Assembly: GCA_963809805.1 (NCBI GenBank)
Contig: CAWELB010000008.1
Span: forward strand, 684,157-748,156
Source: an uncultured Chloroflexia bacterium
Lineage (GTDB): Bacteria; Chloroflexota; Anaerolineae; Anaerolineales; UBA4823
DNA: 64,000 bases
Direction: 5' to 3'
Shown here: in pieces, positions 55,603-64,000 of the stretch
Numbering within the stretch: position 1 is the stretch's first letter
Layout of the letters: every line of letters starts with the position of its first letter
Program-made: the position numbers and the translations under genes
The notes under the pieces: model-generated
The model's input: only the letters and a program-made list of their open reading frames with translations
Databases searched by the model: none
What the model was told of the DNA's origin: nothing

Positions 55603-56658
55603 TCAGATGATCAGCATTGCATCGCCGAATGAGTAAAATCGGTAGTTAGCTTTTTTAGCTTCTTCGTACGCATTGAGAACTCTCTCACGTCCAGCAAAAG
55701 CACTCACCAGCATGATCAGGGTTGAGCGTGGCAGATGGAAATTAGTGATCATCGCAGCTACAATTTGGAATTTGTAGCCCGGCAAGATGAACAGGCTTGT
55801 GGGTCCTTCGAATGCCTTCAATTTCCCATCTTTTGCAGCACTTTCAAGTGTGCGCACACTTGTCGTCCCCACGGCCACCACCCTGCCGCCTTGTGATTTT
55901 GCCTGGTTGATCAGGTCAGCAGCTTCTTGCGTGATTCGGCACCATTCGGTATGAATTTTATGCTTCACTGGGTCATTTTCTGTCACCGGTGCGAATGTAT
56001 CCAACCCAACGTGTAAAGTGACCGTTGCAAATCCTATCCCCGCGCTTTTCAATCCCTCAATCAGCTCTGAAGTGAAATGCAGCCCTGCCGTGGGCGCGGC
56101 TGCGGAGCCTGTTGTTCTCGCATACACGGTCTGGTAGCGCTCGGGATCCGTCAAGCGAGTATGAATATAGGGTGGCAGGGGTACAAAACCAATTTTGGGG
56201 AATAGCAATTCGAGTGGTTCATCAAATCGGATCACCCGCTCTGCTCCTTCCAGCACCGCCTCAATAACTGCCAATGGTGCTCTATCCCCTGTTTTGATGG
56301 CCTCCACTTGCAGCTGTTTCCCCTGCGTGAGACCTTTCCCACCAACCAGGGCTTCCCAGGTGCGCGTATCAAGCTTGCGCAGCAAAAGGATTTCCACTCT
56401 ACCGCCGCTTGGCAGTTTTCGGGCGAATAATCGCGCTGGAATGACACGCGTTTCATTGATGACCAGGATATCCCCAGCTTTAAGATAATTTCCAACCTCA
56501 TTGAAAATTCCGTGGCGGATTTCCCCACTTTTCCGGTCCAGGATCATCAACATGGACTGGTCACGCTTTTCGAGCGGGCTCTGGGCGATATAACCTAGTG
56601 GTAGTTCGTAATCAAAGTCTGATGTGCGCAATCGACTACCACTCCTACTTCCGGCCAA
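55603..56658 (-). CDS. queA: S-adenosylmethionine:tRNA ribosyltransferase-isomerase
   Basis: FDYELP, PLPPYI and GTTSVRTLES are typical QueA motifs. Confidence 0.95.
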   Translation of the reverse strand: MAGSRSGSRLRTSDFDYELPLGYIAQSPLEKRDQSMLMILDRKSGEIRHGIFNEVGNYLKAGDILVINETRVIPARLFARKLPSGGRVEILLLRKLDTRTWEALVGGKGLTQGKQLQVEAIKTGDRAPLAVIEAVLEGAERVIRFDEPLELLFPKIGFVPLPPYIHTRLTDPERYQTVYARTTGSAAAPTAGLHFTSELIEGLKSAGIGFATVTLHVGLDTFAPVTENDPVKHKIHTEWCRITQEAADLINQAKSQGGRVVAVGTTSVRTLESAAKDGKLKAFEGPTSLFILPGYKFQIVAAMITNFHLPRSTLIMLVSAFAGRERVLNAYEEAKKANYRFYSFGDAMLII

Positions 56659-56878
56659 TGAACCGCGAAAATATGAATAAGATAACGCTTAGAATGATTG
56701 AAAGTAGAATTGATGTTGCCAGGGGGAAAAGGCAGGTAATACCCTTCGCCTGAATTTGAAAATCTCCCGGTAGCTTGCCGAGCGGAAGATTGAACCGCCC
56801 TGCCAGGTATAATATACCCCCAACCACTAGGAAGATTATCCCAATAATCACAAATATCTTGGCGAAAGAGGAAAGCAT
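56645..56878 (-). CDS. DUF2905-family small membrane protein
   Basis: 77 aa with two TM helices and a central LGKLPGDFQI motif. It lies between ruvB and queA, as is common. Confidence 0.75.
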   Translation of the reverse strand: MLSSFAKIFVIIGIIFLVVGGILYLAGRFNLPLGKLPGDFQIQAKGITCLFPLATSILLSIILSVILFIFSRFIGRK

Positions 56879-56916
56879 ACGGAATCCAATTTCTAGGTAG
56901 ATCGTAAGAAGCGTGC

Positions 56917-57942
56917 TTAGAATAGTTTTTGCTGATTGTCTTCCGGGATGGCAATCCCCAGGTGCTCATAAGCCAGTGCGGTTGCCACCCGCCCATGGGA
57001 GGTCCGTTCCAGGTAGCCAAGTTGAAGCAGGTACGGTTCTACCACATCCATGATGGTATCCGGCTCTTCGCTGATCGAGGCTGCAATCGTGCTCAACCCT
57101 ACCGGGCCGCCACGATATTTTTCAATCACTGTGCTCAGCACTCTGCGATCCAGTTCATCCAATCCCATCAAGTCAACATTCAGCAAGTTCAACGCGTCGC
57201 GCGCAATCTTTCGGCTGATCGTGCCGTCCGCTCGCACCTGGGCGAAATCGCGCACCCTCCTGAGCAGGCGTAATGCCACCCGCGGCGTTCCCCTGCCCCG
57301 TTGGGCAATCTCATCCACACCCTCATCGTCTGCATGCACATCCAGGGTCTTACATGCCCTTATGACGATCTTACGCATGGCATCCATTTCATAAAAATCG
57401 AGATGATACACTGCCCCGAACCGGGAGCGAAGTGGTGCCGTAAGCAGTGCCAGGCGCGTGGTGGCACCGATGACGGTAAAGCGCGGTAATTTCAACCGTA
57501 TCGATCGTGCCGAAGGACCTTTACCGATCACAATGTCGAGTGCGTAATCCTCCATCGCCGGGTATAACACTTCTTCCACCGCTCTGCCCAGGCGGTGGAC
57601 CTCATCGATAAACAAAATATCCCCCGCTCTCAGGTTGGTCAAGATTGCTGCCAGGTCTCCTGGTCGTTCGATCGCCGGGCCTGAAGTGACCTTGATGTTG
57701 ACATTCATTTCGTTTGCCAACACATGTGCCAGTGTGGTCTTCCCTAATCCGGGTGGTCCGTAAAACAGCACATGATCCAGTGGGTCGCCTCGCTGGGTCG
57801 CTGCAGCAATCAAGATTGCCAGATTTTCTTTCACACGCTCCTGACCGATCAGGTCAGCCAGTGTGCGCGGCCTTAATGCCAGATCGAGTCGGTCATCATG
57901 TTGGTGTTCGGGGTTTACCAGGCGTTTGGGCTTGTCATCCAT
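56917..57942 (-). CDS. ruvB: Holliday junction branch-migration helicase RuvB
   Basis: [20 protein letters not shown] and GATTR motifs, plus a C-terminal winged helix. Confidence 0.97.
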   Translation of the reverse strand: MDDKPKRLVNPEHQHDDRLDLALRPRTLADLIGQERVKENLAILIAAATQRGDPLDHVLFYGPPGLGKTTLAHVLANEMNVNIKVTSGPAIERPGDLAAILTNLRAGDILFIDEVHRLGRAVEEVLYPAMEDYALDIVIGKGPSARSIRLKLPRFTVIGATTRLALLTAPLRSRFGAVYHLDFYEMDAMRKIVIRACKTLDVHADDEGVDEIAQRGRGTPRVALRLLRRVRDFAQVRADGTISRKIARDALNLLNVDLMGLDELDRRVLSTVIEKYRGGPVGLSTIAASISEEPDTIMDVVEPYLLQLGYLERTSHGRVATALAYEHLGIAIPEDNQQKLF

Positions 57943-58010
57943 AAACGTGATTATAACCGATACAGAATACGTACTATAATTCCATCATCCTCATCCTGGA
58001 GCTAAAGCTC

Positions 58011-58637
58011 ATGCCCAATATCTTTCCCTCCATCCACCCCCTGGTTGCCCATAAATTATCACTCCTGCGCGACAAAAATACCGAGCACAAGAAATTCCGT
58101 GAGCTCATCCGAGAAATCTCCACCTTGCTCACTTATGAAGCGACCAGTGATCTGATTCTGTATCAAATCAATGTCGATACCCCTTTAGCCACAACCACTG
58201 GTAAGGTATTGTCTGAGAAAATCTGCCTCGTCCCTATATTGCGGGCTGGTCTGGGGATGGTCGAAGGAGTTTGGCACCTGATGCCTTCCGCAGAGGTCTG
58301 GCATATCGGCCTGTACCGCGACGAAAACACACTGAAGCCGGTCGAATACTATAAAAAGGTGCCGGTAGAGCCTGACGTGTCAGTCTGCCTGATCCTTGAC
58401 CCCATGCTCGCCACCGGAGGTTCTGCAGTCGCCACTGTAGACATTCTCAAACGCTGGGGCGTCCGCAAGATAAAGTTCGTCGGTATACTGGCTGCACCCC
58501 AAGGCATTGAGAATCTGCAAGACCATCATCCGGATGTGCATATCCATATCGCCGGGATTGATGAAACGCTGAACCAGCGTGGATACATCCTCCCTGGTCT
58601 GGGAGATGCCGGAGATCGTCAATTCGGGACTGGATAA
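58011..58637 (+). CDS. upp: uracil phosphoribosyltransferase
   Basis: 208 aa with [14 protein letters not shown] and the PRPP loop [11 protein letters not shown]. Confidence 0.95.
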   Translation: MPNIFPSIHPLVAHKLSLLRDKNTEHKKFRELIREISTLLTYEATSDLILYQINVDTPLATTTGKVLSEKICLVPILRAGLGMVEGVWHLMPSAEVWHIGLYRDENTLKPVEYYKKVPVEPDVSVCLILDPMLATGGSAVATVDILKRWGVRKIKFVGILAAPQGIENLQDHHPDVHIHIAGIDETLNQRGYILPGLGDAGDRQFGTG

Positions 58638-58657
58638 CTCTTCAATTTTCCCGTAAG

Positions 58658-59146
58658 TCACATACTCGGTGGGATAGGCTCCTGCGGAGGTAGTACGGTC
58701 ATGGTTTGATTTTTCCCTTTCATCTGGAACCAGATTGCGCCACCTGCGACACCCAATATCGCCATCCAGACGATGTTAAATAAGCCGACGCATACAGCAA
58801 AGGTCAGCTGATAAGTCCATATTTGCGACTGGCTGATTGAGTAGTTGTTTACTCCAAAAACCTTGGTGAAATTTTCTATCGATGCAGGGTTCAGTAAAGC
58901 CCCATTGATTACGCCTCCAATAAGACCGCCCACCAGACCCAATGCTCCTGCAATGGCTCCAGCCATCCCGCCCTTCCTCACGCTCTCCCCTGAGTTGATC
59001 GGTTTATCAAATACACCTGCGACGTAACCTGCAGCAATCCCTAATACTAATCCCAAACATGGGGCACAGAAAGGTGTGATCACGATAGCAGATCCAAGTA
59101 CCAGCACAAATGCGATTGCACCGAAGATTAACCCAGATTTCACCAT
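58658..59146 (-). CDS. hypothetical Gly-rich membrane protein
   Basis: 162 aa with four hydrophobic, Gly/Ala-rich helices. Confidence 0.6.
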   Translation of the reverse strand: MVKSGLIFGAIAFVLVLGSAIVITPFCAPCLGLVLGIAAGYVAGVFDKPINSGESVRKGGMAGAIAGALGLVGGLIGGVINGALLNPASIENFTKVFGVNNYSISQSQIWTYQLTFAVCVGLFNIVWMAILGVAGGAIWFQMKGKNQTMTVLPPQEPIPPSM

Positions 59147-59372
59147 GGAATGCCTCCATCACCGAAAGTGTTTTATCGCCAATGCTTATAGTTAAAATTA
59201 TAGCAGCATCTTCGTTTATATATTTAATCCAATAATATAACCTGTCATTAATCCAATTCCTGATATACAATTCAGCGCACATCTGACCGCCTTTGTGGGA
59301 GAACCTTATCTTGGATAATATTATTGCCCGTTCACCCTTGGTCGAGCCTCGATTTGTAATGGTTGAATAATT

Positions 59373-60333
59373 ATGCGTTGTCGAAAATGTGGTGAAAAAG
59401 CCGTCATCAATATGCGCCAGCATAAACTGGCATTATGCAGCCTACACTTTTTAGAATGGGTGCCTGGGCAGGTGCAGCATGCGATTAAAAAGTACAGCAT
59501 GTTTACACGGCGCGAACGTCTTATTGGTTGCCATTTCAGGTGGAAAAGACTCACTCTCCTTATGGGATATTCTCAACCGTCTGGGTTATACCGCCGATGG
59601 CTTGTACATCGGTCTTGGGATCGATGGGGGTGTGAATTATTCCGAAAGTTCTCTCTCTTACGCACGGGCTTTTGCTCAGCAGCATAATCTCCTGTTGCAC
59701 GTCAAAGATATCCAGGCTGATTATGGTGAGACTATCCCCGAGATCGCAAATCGCACCCATCGCGGACACTACAAGCCCTGCTCTGTATGTGGGCTCACCA
59801 AGCGACACGTGATGAACCAGCTCGCTCGCGACCAGCATTATGACGCCCTCATCACCGGGCACAACCTGGATGATGAAGCCGCCATTCTGCTTGGCAATAC
59901 ATTGAATTGGGTCGGTTCCTACCTCATCCGTCAGGGACCTGTGCTTGAGGCAAATCGTCCCGGTCTGGTGCGGAAAGTCAAACCACTTTGCCGTATGTAC
60001 GAACGCGAGATGGCTGCATATGCCCTACTGCGGCCTATTCCGTATATTCACGAAGAATGCCCCTTTGCAGAAGGTTCTACATCCATCTACCACAAGGAAA
60101 TGCTGAATAAGCTGGAGACCGATCGACCCGGCGCCAAGCTTAGTTTTTATCTTTCGTACCTTCAAGCGAAACAAGCGGGATTATTTTCGCAAGCTGTGGA
60201 TGATCGTGCAGAGTTGGTTCATGCTTGTCCGCAGTGCGCTCAGCCTACCTCTGCCCCAGGCTTGTGTGTTTTTTGCCGGATGTTCGTTAAATCAGCTGAC
60301 CAGTTGGTTTCAGATGAAGTGGATGATTTATGA
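59373..60333 (+). pseudogene. ttuA: TtuA/TtcA-like PP-loop tRNA thiolase with an apparent +1 frameshift near 59510-59521
   Basis: The N-terminal Zn finger MRCRKCGEKAV...LCSLHF is in one frame (ORF 59373-59687). The PP-loop LLVAISGGKDS and the C-terminal CPQC...CVFC finger are in the +1 frame (ORF 59479-60333). Confidence 0.75.
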
Positions 60334-61067
60334 CGATGCCAGTAAGAACGAAGACTGACCAGACGCCCAACTACCGATATTTGGACCTGATTACAGCCTT
60401 ATTTGTCACTGTCTTGGTAGTCAGTAATATCGCCTCCTCTGCCAAGATTGTCGATTGGGGTTTCAGTATTCTGGGTGTGCGCCTGGCTTTTGATGCGGGC
60501 ACATTGCTTTTCCCGGTTTCTTATATATTTGGGGATATTCTTACCGAGGTATATGGATACAAACGTTCACGGCGGGTAATCTGGACTGGTTTTTTCTGTC
60601 TTGGTCTTAGCGCATTTGTTTTCTGGATCGTACGCCTGCTCCCCGGTGAAGCTACCTGGCAGCGATATGCCGGTCAGGCTGCCTATAATGCCATCCTTGG
60701 TGGCATGAGCAGCGGTGGTATCGTTCTTGCCAGCATGCTCGGCTATTGGACGGGCGAGTTTTCCAATTCGTTCACTTTGGCCAAAATGAAAATCCTCACC
60801 CGTGGCCGTTGGTTATGGTCCCGCACCATCGGTAGCACCCTGGTAGGTGAGCTGGTGGACTCGCTTATGTTTATCACTGTGGCTTCCTTGTTCAAAGTCT
60901 TCCCCTGGAGCCTGTTCGTCACCCTGGTGATGACCAATTACCTGTTCAAATGCTCCATCGAGGCATTGATGACCCCGGTAACATACCTGGTGGTGAATGC
61001 GCTCAAACGGCACGAGCACGAAGACTATTACGATCGCGGCACGAACTTCACCCCCTTCCAAATCTAA
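60330..61067 (+). CDS. yhhQ: queuosine-precursor transporter (YhhQ / DUF165)
   Basis: 6-TM protein with YLDLITALFVTVLVVSNI and FPVSYIFGDILTEVYGY, typical of YhhQ. Confidence 0.85.
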   Translation: MTMPVRTKTDQTPNYRYLDLITALFVTVLVVSNIASSAKIVDWGFSILGVRLAFDAGTLLFPVSYIFGDILTEVYGYKRSRRVIWTGFFCLGLSAFVFWIVRLLPGEATWQRYAGQAAYNAILGGMSSGGIVLASMLGYWTGEFSNSFTLAKMKILTRGRWLWSRTIGSTLVGELVDSLMFITVASLFKVFPWSLFVTLVMTNYLFKCSIEALMTPVTYLVVNALKRHEHEDYYDRGTNFTPFQI

Positions 61068-61148
61068 AAACTTCTATCCGATTCCTCCTTCCTCCCCACC
61101 ACCGTTCTTGTAGCCGCTTATGATATGTAACCGCCATCGTTCGTTGTA

Positions 61149-61177
61149 GCCGCCTTCGTCGATGGCGGCCCTTTTTT
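61149..61177. terminator. terminator between convergent yhhQ and glnA
   Basis: gccgcc-ttcgtcgat-ggcggc followed by cctttttt. Confidence 0.6.
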
Positions 61178-61249
61178 GCCGATTTTAGCTTCCTCATAAT
61201 CCCCCATAATTCCGTTAAATTGCTTTATCCGTTCACCGATACCCCCCTC

Positions 61250-62590
61250 CTACGCCTGCTCCAGATACCTCTCCACTTCCCAATCCGTAACCTTCATCTG
61301 ATATTCCTCGATTTCTTCCCTCTTCGCCCTATCGAAAGCCTCGAATAGGATTGCTCCAAGCGATCCCTTAACCACCGCATCATTTGCCAATTCATCCAAC
61401 GCCTCGCTCAGTGAACCCGGTAATTCTGCCACACCCATGGCTTTCCGCTCCTCGGCTGTTAGATCATACACATTTACATGGTTTAAAGGTTTTGGGCATT
61501 CGAGTTTACGATCGATTCCATCCAATGCAGCTGCTAGCATGGTAGTGAACGCCAGGTATGGGTTGGATGATGGGTCTGGGAATCGTAGCTCCGCCCGGGT
61601 TGAATTATCTCTACCCTCAGACCATCTCGGGATGCGGATCAGTGCCGACCGGTTGATCTGCGCCCAACCGATATATACCGGGGCTTCATAACCAGGCACC
61701 AGTCGTTTATATGAGTTAATTGTCGGTGCAACGATAGCTGCTAGGGCGCGTGCATGCACAAGCTGCCCGGCGATAAAATGATACGCGATTTTCGACAAAT
61801 GAAAATCATCCTTCGGATCAGCGAACACGTTTTTACCCTGCATATCGAACAAGGATTGGTGTACATGCATTCCTGAGCCGTTGATGCCGAATATCGGTTT
61901 CGGCATGAACGATGCAATCAACCCATGCTGGGCTGCAATTGCTTTCACTGTATATTTCAGCGTCAAAACGTTATCCGCGGTGCGTAAGGCATCGTCAAAA
62001 CGGAAATCAATTTCATGTTGGCCGAGTGCCACCTCATGGTGCCCGGTTTCCACCTCCAATCCCATCCCCTCCAAAGCATCCATAAGCTCTGTTCGTACTC
62101 TCACCGCATCATCATTTGCCGAGAAGTCAAAATATCCTCCCACGTCATGGGGCACCGGGTGGATACTTTCATGCCCATTCCCACCCCTGAACAGGAAAAA
62201 TTCAGGTTCCGGTCCAACGTTATACTTCCAGCCTCGTTCTACCAGCTTTTCAAGTAAACGTTTCAAAGTACCGCGTGGGTCACCTGGGAACGGTTTGCCA
62301 TCCGGTTGGTAGATTTCACAGAATATCCGCGCCCTGCGTAGCTCAGGAAGCGTCCACGGTAGTACGGCATATGTATCAACATCCAGCACCAGGCGCATGT
62401 CACTTTCCTGGATCCGTGCGAATCCCTCAACCGACGAGCCATCAAACCATATTCCATCGTCCAATGCACCCTCTAATCGTACTAAAGGAATATCCACACT
62501 CTTCACAGTGCCAGTGACATCAGAAAATTGGAGCGAAATAAACTTCACCTCATCTTCTTTAACCCTGTCTAATAATTGCTTTTTGTCCAT
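61250..62590 (-). CDS. glnA: type I glutamine synthetase
   Basis: 446 aa with FDGSS, PEPEFFLF, NGSGMHVHQS and the C-terminal catalytic domain. Confidence 0.97.
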   Translation of the reverse strand: MDKKQLLDRVKEDEVKFISLQFSDVTGTVKSVDIPLVRLEGALDDGIWFDGSSVEGFARIQESDMRLVLDVDTYAVLPWTLPELRRARIFCEIYQPDGKPFPGDPRGTLKRLLEKLVERGWKYNVGPEPEFFLFRGGNGHESIHPVPHDVGGYFDFSANDDAVRVRTELMDALEGMGLEVETGHHEVALGQHEIDFRFDDALRTADNVLTLKYTVKAIAAQHGLIASFMPKPIFGINGSGMHVHQSLFDMQGKNVFADPKDDFHLSKIAYHFIAGQLVHARALAAIVAPTINSYKRLVPGYEAPVYIGWAQINRSALIRIPRWSEGRDNSTRAELRFPDPSSNPYLAFTTMLAAALDGIDRKLECPKPLNHVNVYDLTAEERKAMGVAELPGSLSEALDELANDAVVKGSLGAILFEAFDRAKREEIEEYQMKVTDWEVERYLEQA

Positions 62591-62726
62591 ACATCCTCCA
62601 GGCTCAACGATACAATCAAAATTGCATGAATAACTTCCCCGTAAACAATTGCCCGCAATTTTATCACACCCTTATCAACTGGTGGGGGTTATGGATTATG
62701 GTATACAACCCGTATTTGGAGACGCT

Positions 62727-63578
62727 ATGCAAGACATAACCATTATCACTGATACTGATTCGTCCATTCCCTTCGAGTTGGCTACTCGATATAACATCTA
62801 TCAAGTACCAATGACCATTAATTTTGGCGAGGATAGTTATGAGGCAGTTTATGCGGTTAATGATGCCGATACCTTCCGTCGCATCGATTCGGAAGGTAAG
62901 CTTCCCACTACGGCAGCCCCCTCCCCAGGTAAATTTATATCTGCTTATAAAAACGCTTTCGATGCTGGTTGCCAGAAGATTATTTGTCTTTGTGTCAGCA
63001 GTGAGGTCAGCGCAACCTTTAGTGCTGCCCAGTCCGCACGCGATTCCTTCCCCCAGCAGGAAATCCATGTCATCGATTCGCGCAGTCTTTCGATGGGCTT
63101 AGGGTATATGGTTTTAGCCGCCTCTGAAGCTGCTTCTCAGGGAGCTTCGGTATCCGAAATCATTTCAATTATTGATGCTACTCGCGAGAAAACACACTTG
63201 TTCGCTGCCTTATCCACCCTTAAATACCTGGCTATGGGTGGTCGGGTCAGCAATCTTGCTGCCAGTATGGCCTCCATGTTGAACGTCAAACCGATCCTCA
63301 CCATCCGGGATGGCAAGCTTGACCTGTTGGAACGCGTCCGTACTCAGAAGAAAGCCTGGGAAAGGGTTATCGAGCTCTCTGCGATCACGACCGGTGAGAA
63401 ACAGATCGAGAAAATGTGTATTCTGCATGTCAATGCCCCCGAAATGGCATCGAAATTCAAGCATGAGCTCCAAAATCGTATGCATTGCCCTTCTGAGATT
63501 CCCTTGGTGGAAGTCACCCCTGGTTTATCAGTTCACTCGGGTTCTGGGATGGTCGGAACTGTTTTCGTTGTAAAATAA
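62727..63578 (+). CDS. DegV-family fatty-acid-binding protein
   Basis: GGAG-N6-ATG at 62727, then MQDITIITDTDSSIP... and ...PTTAAPSPG..., typical of DegV. Confidence 0.85.
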   Translation: MQDITIITDTDSSIPFELATRYNIYQVPMTINFGEDSYEAVYAVNDADTFRRIDSEGKLPTTAAPSPGKFISAYKNAFDAGCQKIICLCVSSEVSATFSAAQSARDSFPQQEIHVIDSRSLSMGLGYMVLAASEAASQGASVSEIISIIDATREKTHLFAALSTLKYLAMGGRVSNLAASMASMLNVKPILTIRDGKLDLLERVRTQKKAWERVIELSAITTGEKQIEKMCILHVNAPEMASKFKHELQNRMHCPSEIPLVEVTPGLSVHSGSGMVGTVFVVK

Positions 63579-63582
63579 ATCC

Positions 63583-64000
63583 ATGGCTGTGATTACCCTG
63601 CTCACAGATTTTGGACTGCAGGATGGTTACCCTGCTGTGATGAAGGGTGTGATCTGGAAAATAGCCCCGGGTGTACTGATAGCTGACCTGAGTCATGATA
63701 TATCACCTCAGGATATTTTGGAAGCTGCCCTTCTCCTTGGCCGCACAGCGCCATTTTTCCCCGCTGGAACCATCCATGTTGTTGTCGTAGACCCTGGGGT
63801 AGGTACAACTCGTCGTGGGATTGCTGCCAGTATTGGCACACAGTATTTCGTCGGACCGGATAATGGCTTAATCTCACTGCTCATCACAAGCGCTGAACAG
63901 CTGCATCAACCTAGTAGCATTGTTCATCTTGACCGCCCTGGATATTGGCTGCCTGTAGTTTCACACGTCTTTCATGGACGTGATATCTTTGCGCCAGTCG
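63583..64000 (+). CDS. SAM hydrolase / SAM-dependent halogenase family protein (DUF62), 5' part; runs off the right edge
   Basis: MAVITLLTDFGLQDGYPAVMKGVI...VVVVDPGVGT...GPDNG are signature motifs of the family. Confidence 0.85.
   Translation, partial: MAVITLLTDFGLQDGYPAVMKGVIWKIAPGVLIADLSHDISPQDILEAALLLGRTAPFFPAGTIHVVVVDPGVGTTRRGIAASIGTQYFVGPDNGLISLLITSAEQLHQPSSIVHLDRPGYWLPVVSHVFHGRDIFAPV

Overview
Bacterial chromosomal window with no rRNA and no CRISPR array. Gene content and the many Pro/Thr-rich linkers suggest a Chloroflexota (Anaerolineae-like) host, but this is inference only. There are four blocks. (1) 1-9.4 kb is a minus-strand, visibly AT-rich exopolysaccharide locus: GT4, two GT2, a Wzx-like flippase, a fused Wzz/BY-kinase, a DegT aminotransferase, a sugar nucleotidyltransferase, and a phosphoglycosyl transferase with inverted domain order. 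(2) 9.6-25.8 kb is mosaic accessory DNA with decaying genes (a GH1 with an internal deletion; a TPR gene with an in-frame stop and frameshifts). It also holds a SagB/ThcOx-like dehydrogenase next to a CPBP protease, orphan membrane proteins, and a 4-copy dispersed repeat carrying a conserved ~30-codon ORF. A duplicated promoter/lipoprotein-leader cassette and two degenerate copies of the 3' part of tRNA-Val are also present. (3) 25,795-39,917 is a 14.1-kb integrative element in tRNA-Val(TAC), bounded by an exact 42-bp direct repeat. It carries a tyrosine integrase, Xis-like HTH, RHH protein, a frameshifted Zn-finger/Toprim primase, a RecA-like helicase, an iteron/inverted-repeat cluster, VRR-NUC, and a P27-type small terminase. 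No capsid, portal, TerL, tail or lysis genes are recognisable, so the layout is phage-satellite (PICI-like). Its AT-rich cargo comprises a VapBC45-like TA pair, a methyltransferase fused to an Mrr-like nuclease domain, a 3-TM protein plus an orphan 196-aa protein, and an orphan 244-aa protein beside attR. (4) 40-64 kb is core housekeeping: rpiR-like, FAH, psuG/psuK, DUF362, PHP, fmt, panE, pdp, udg, queA, ruvB, upp, a frameshifted ttuA-like gene, yhhQ, glnA, DegV and a SAM hydrolase. It is interrupted by a rearranged IS630 beside tRNA-Leu(TAA). The best candidates for something new are the satellite-like element with its unannotatable cargo cassettes, the tandem accretion of islands at tRNA-Val, and the dispersed repeat/small-ORF family next to the SagB-CPBP pair. 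All domain calls come from motif recognition by eye; no searches were run.
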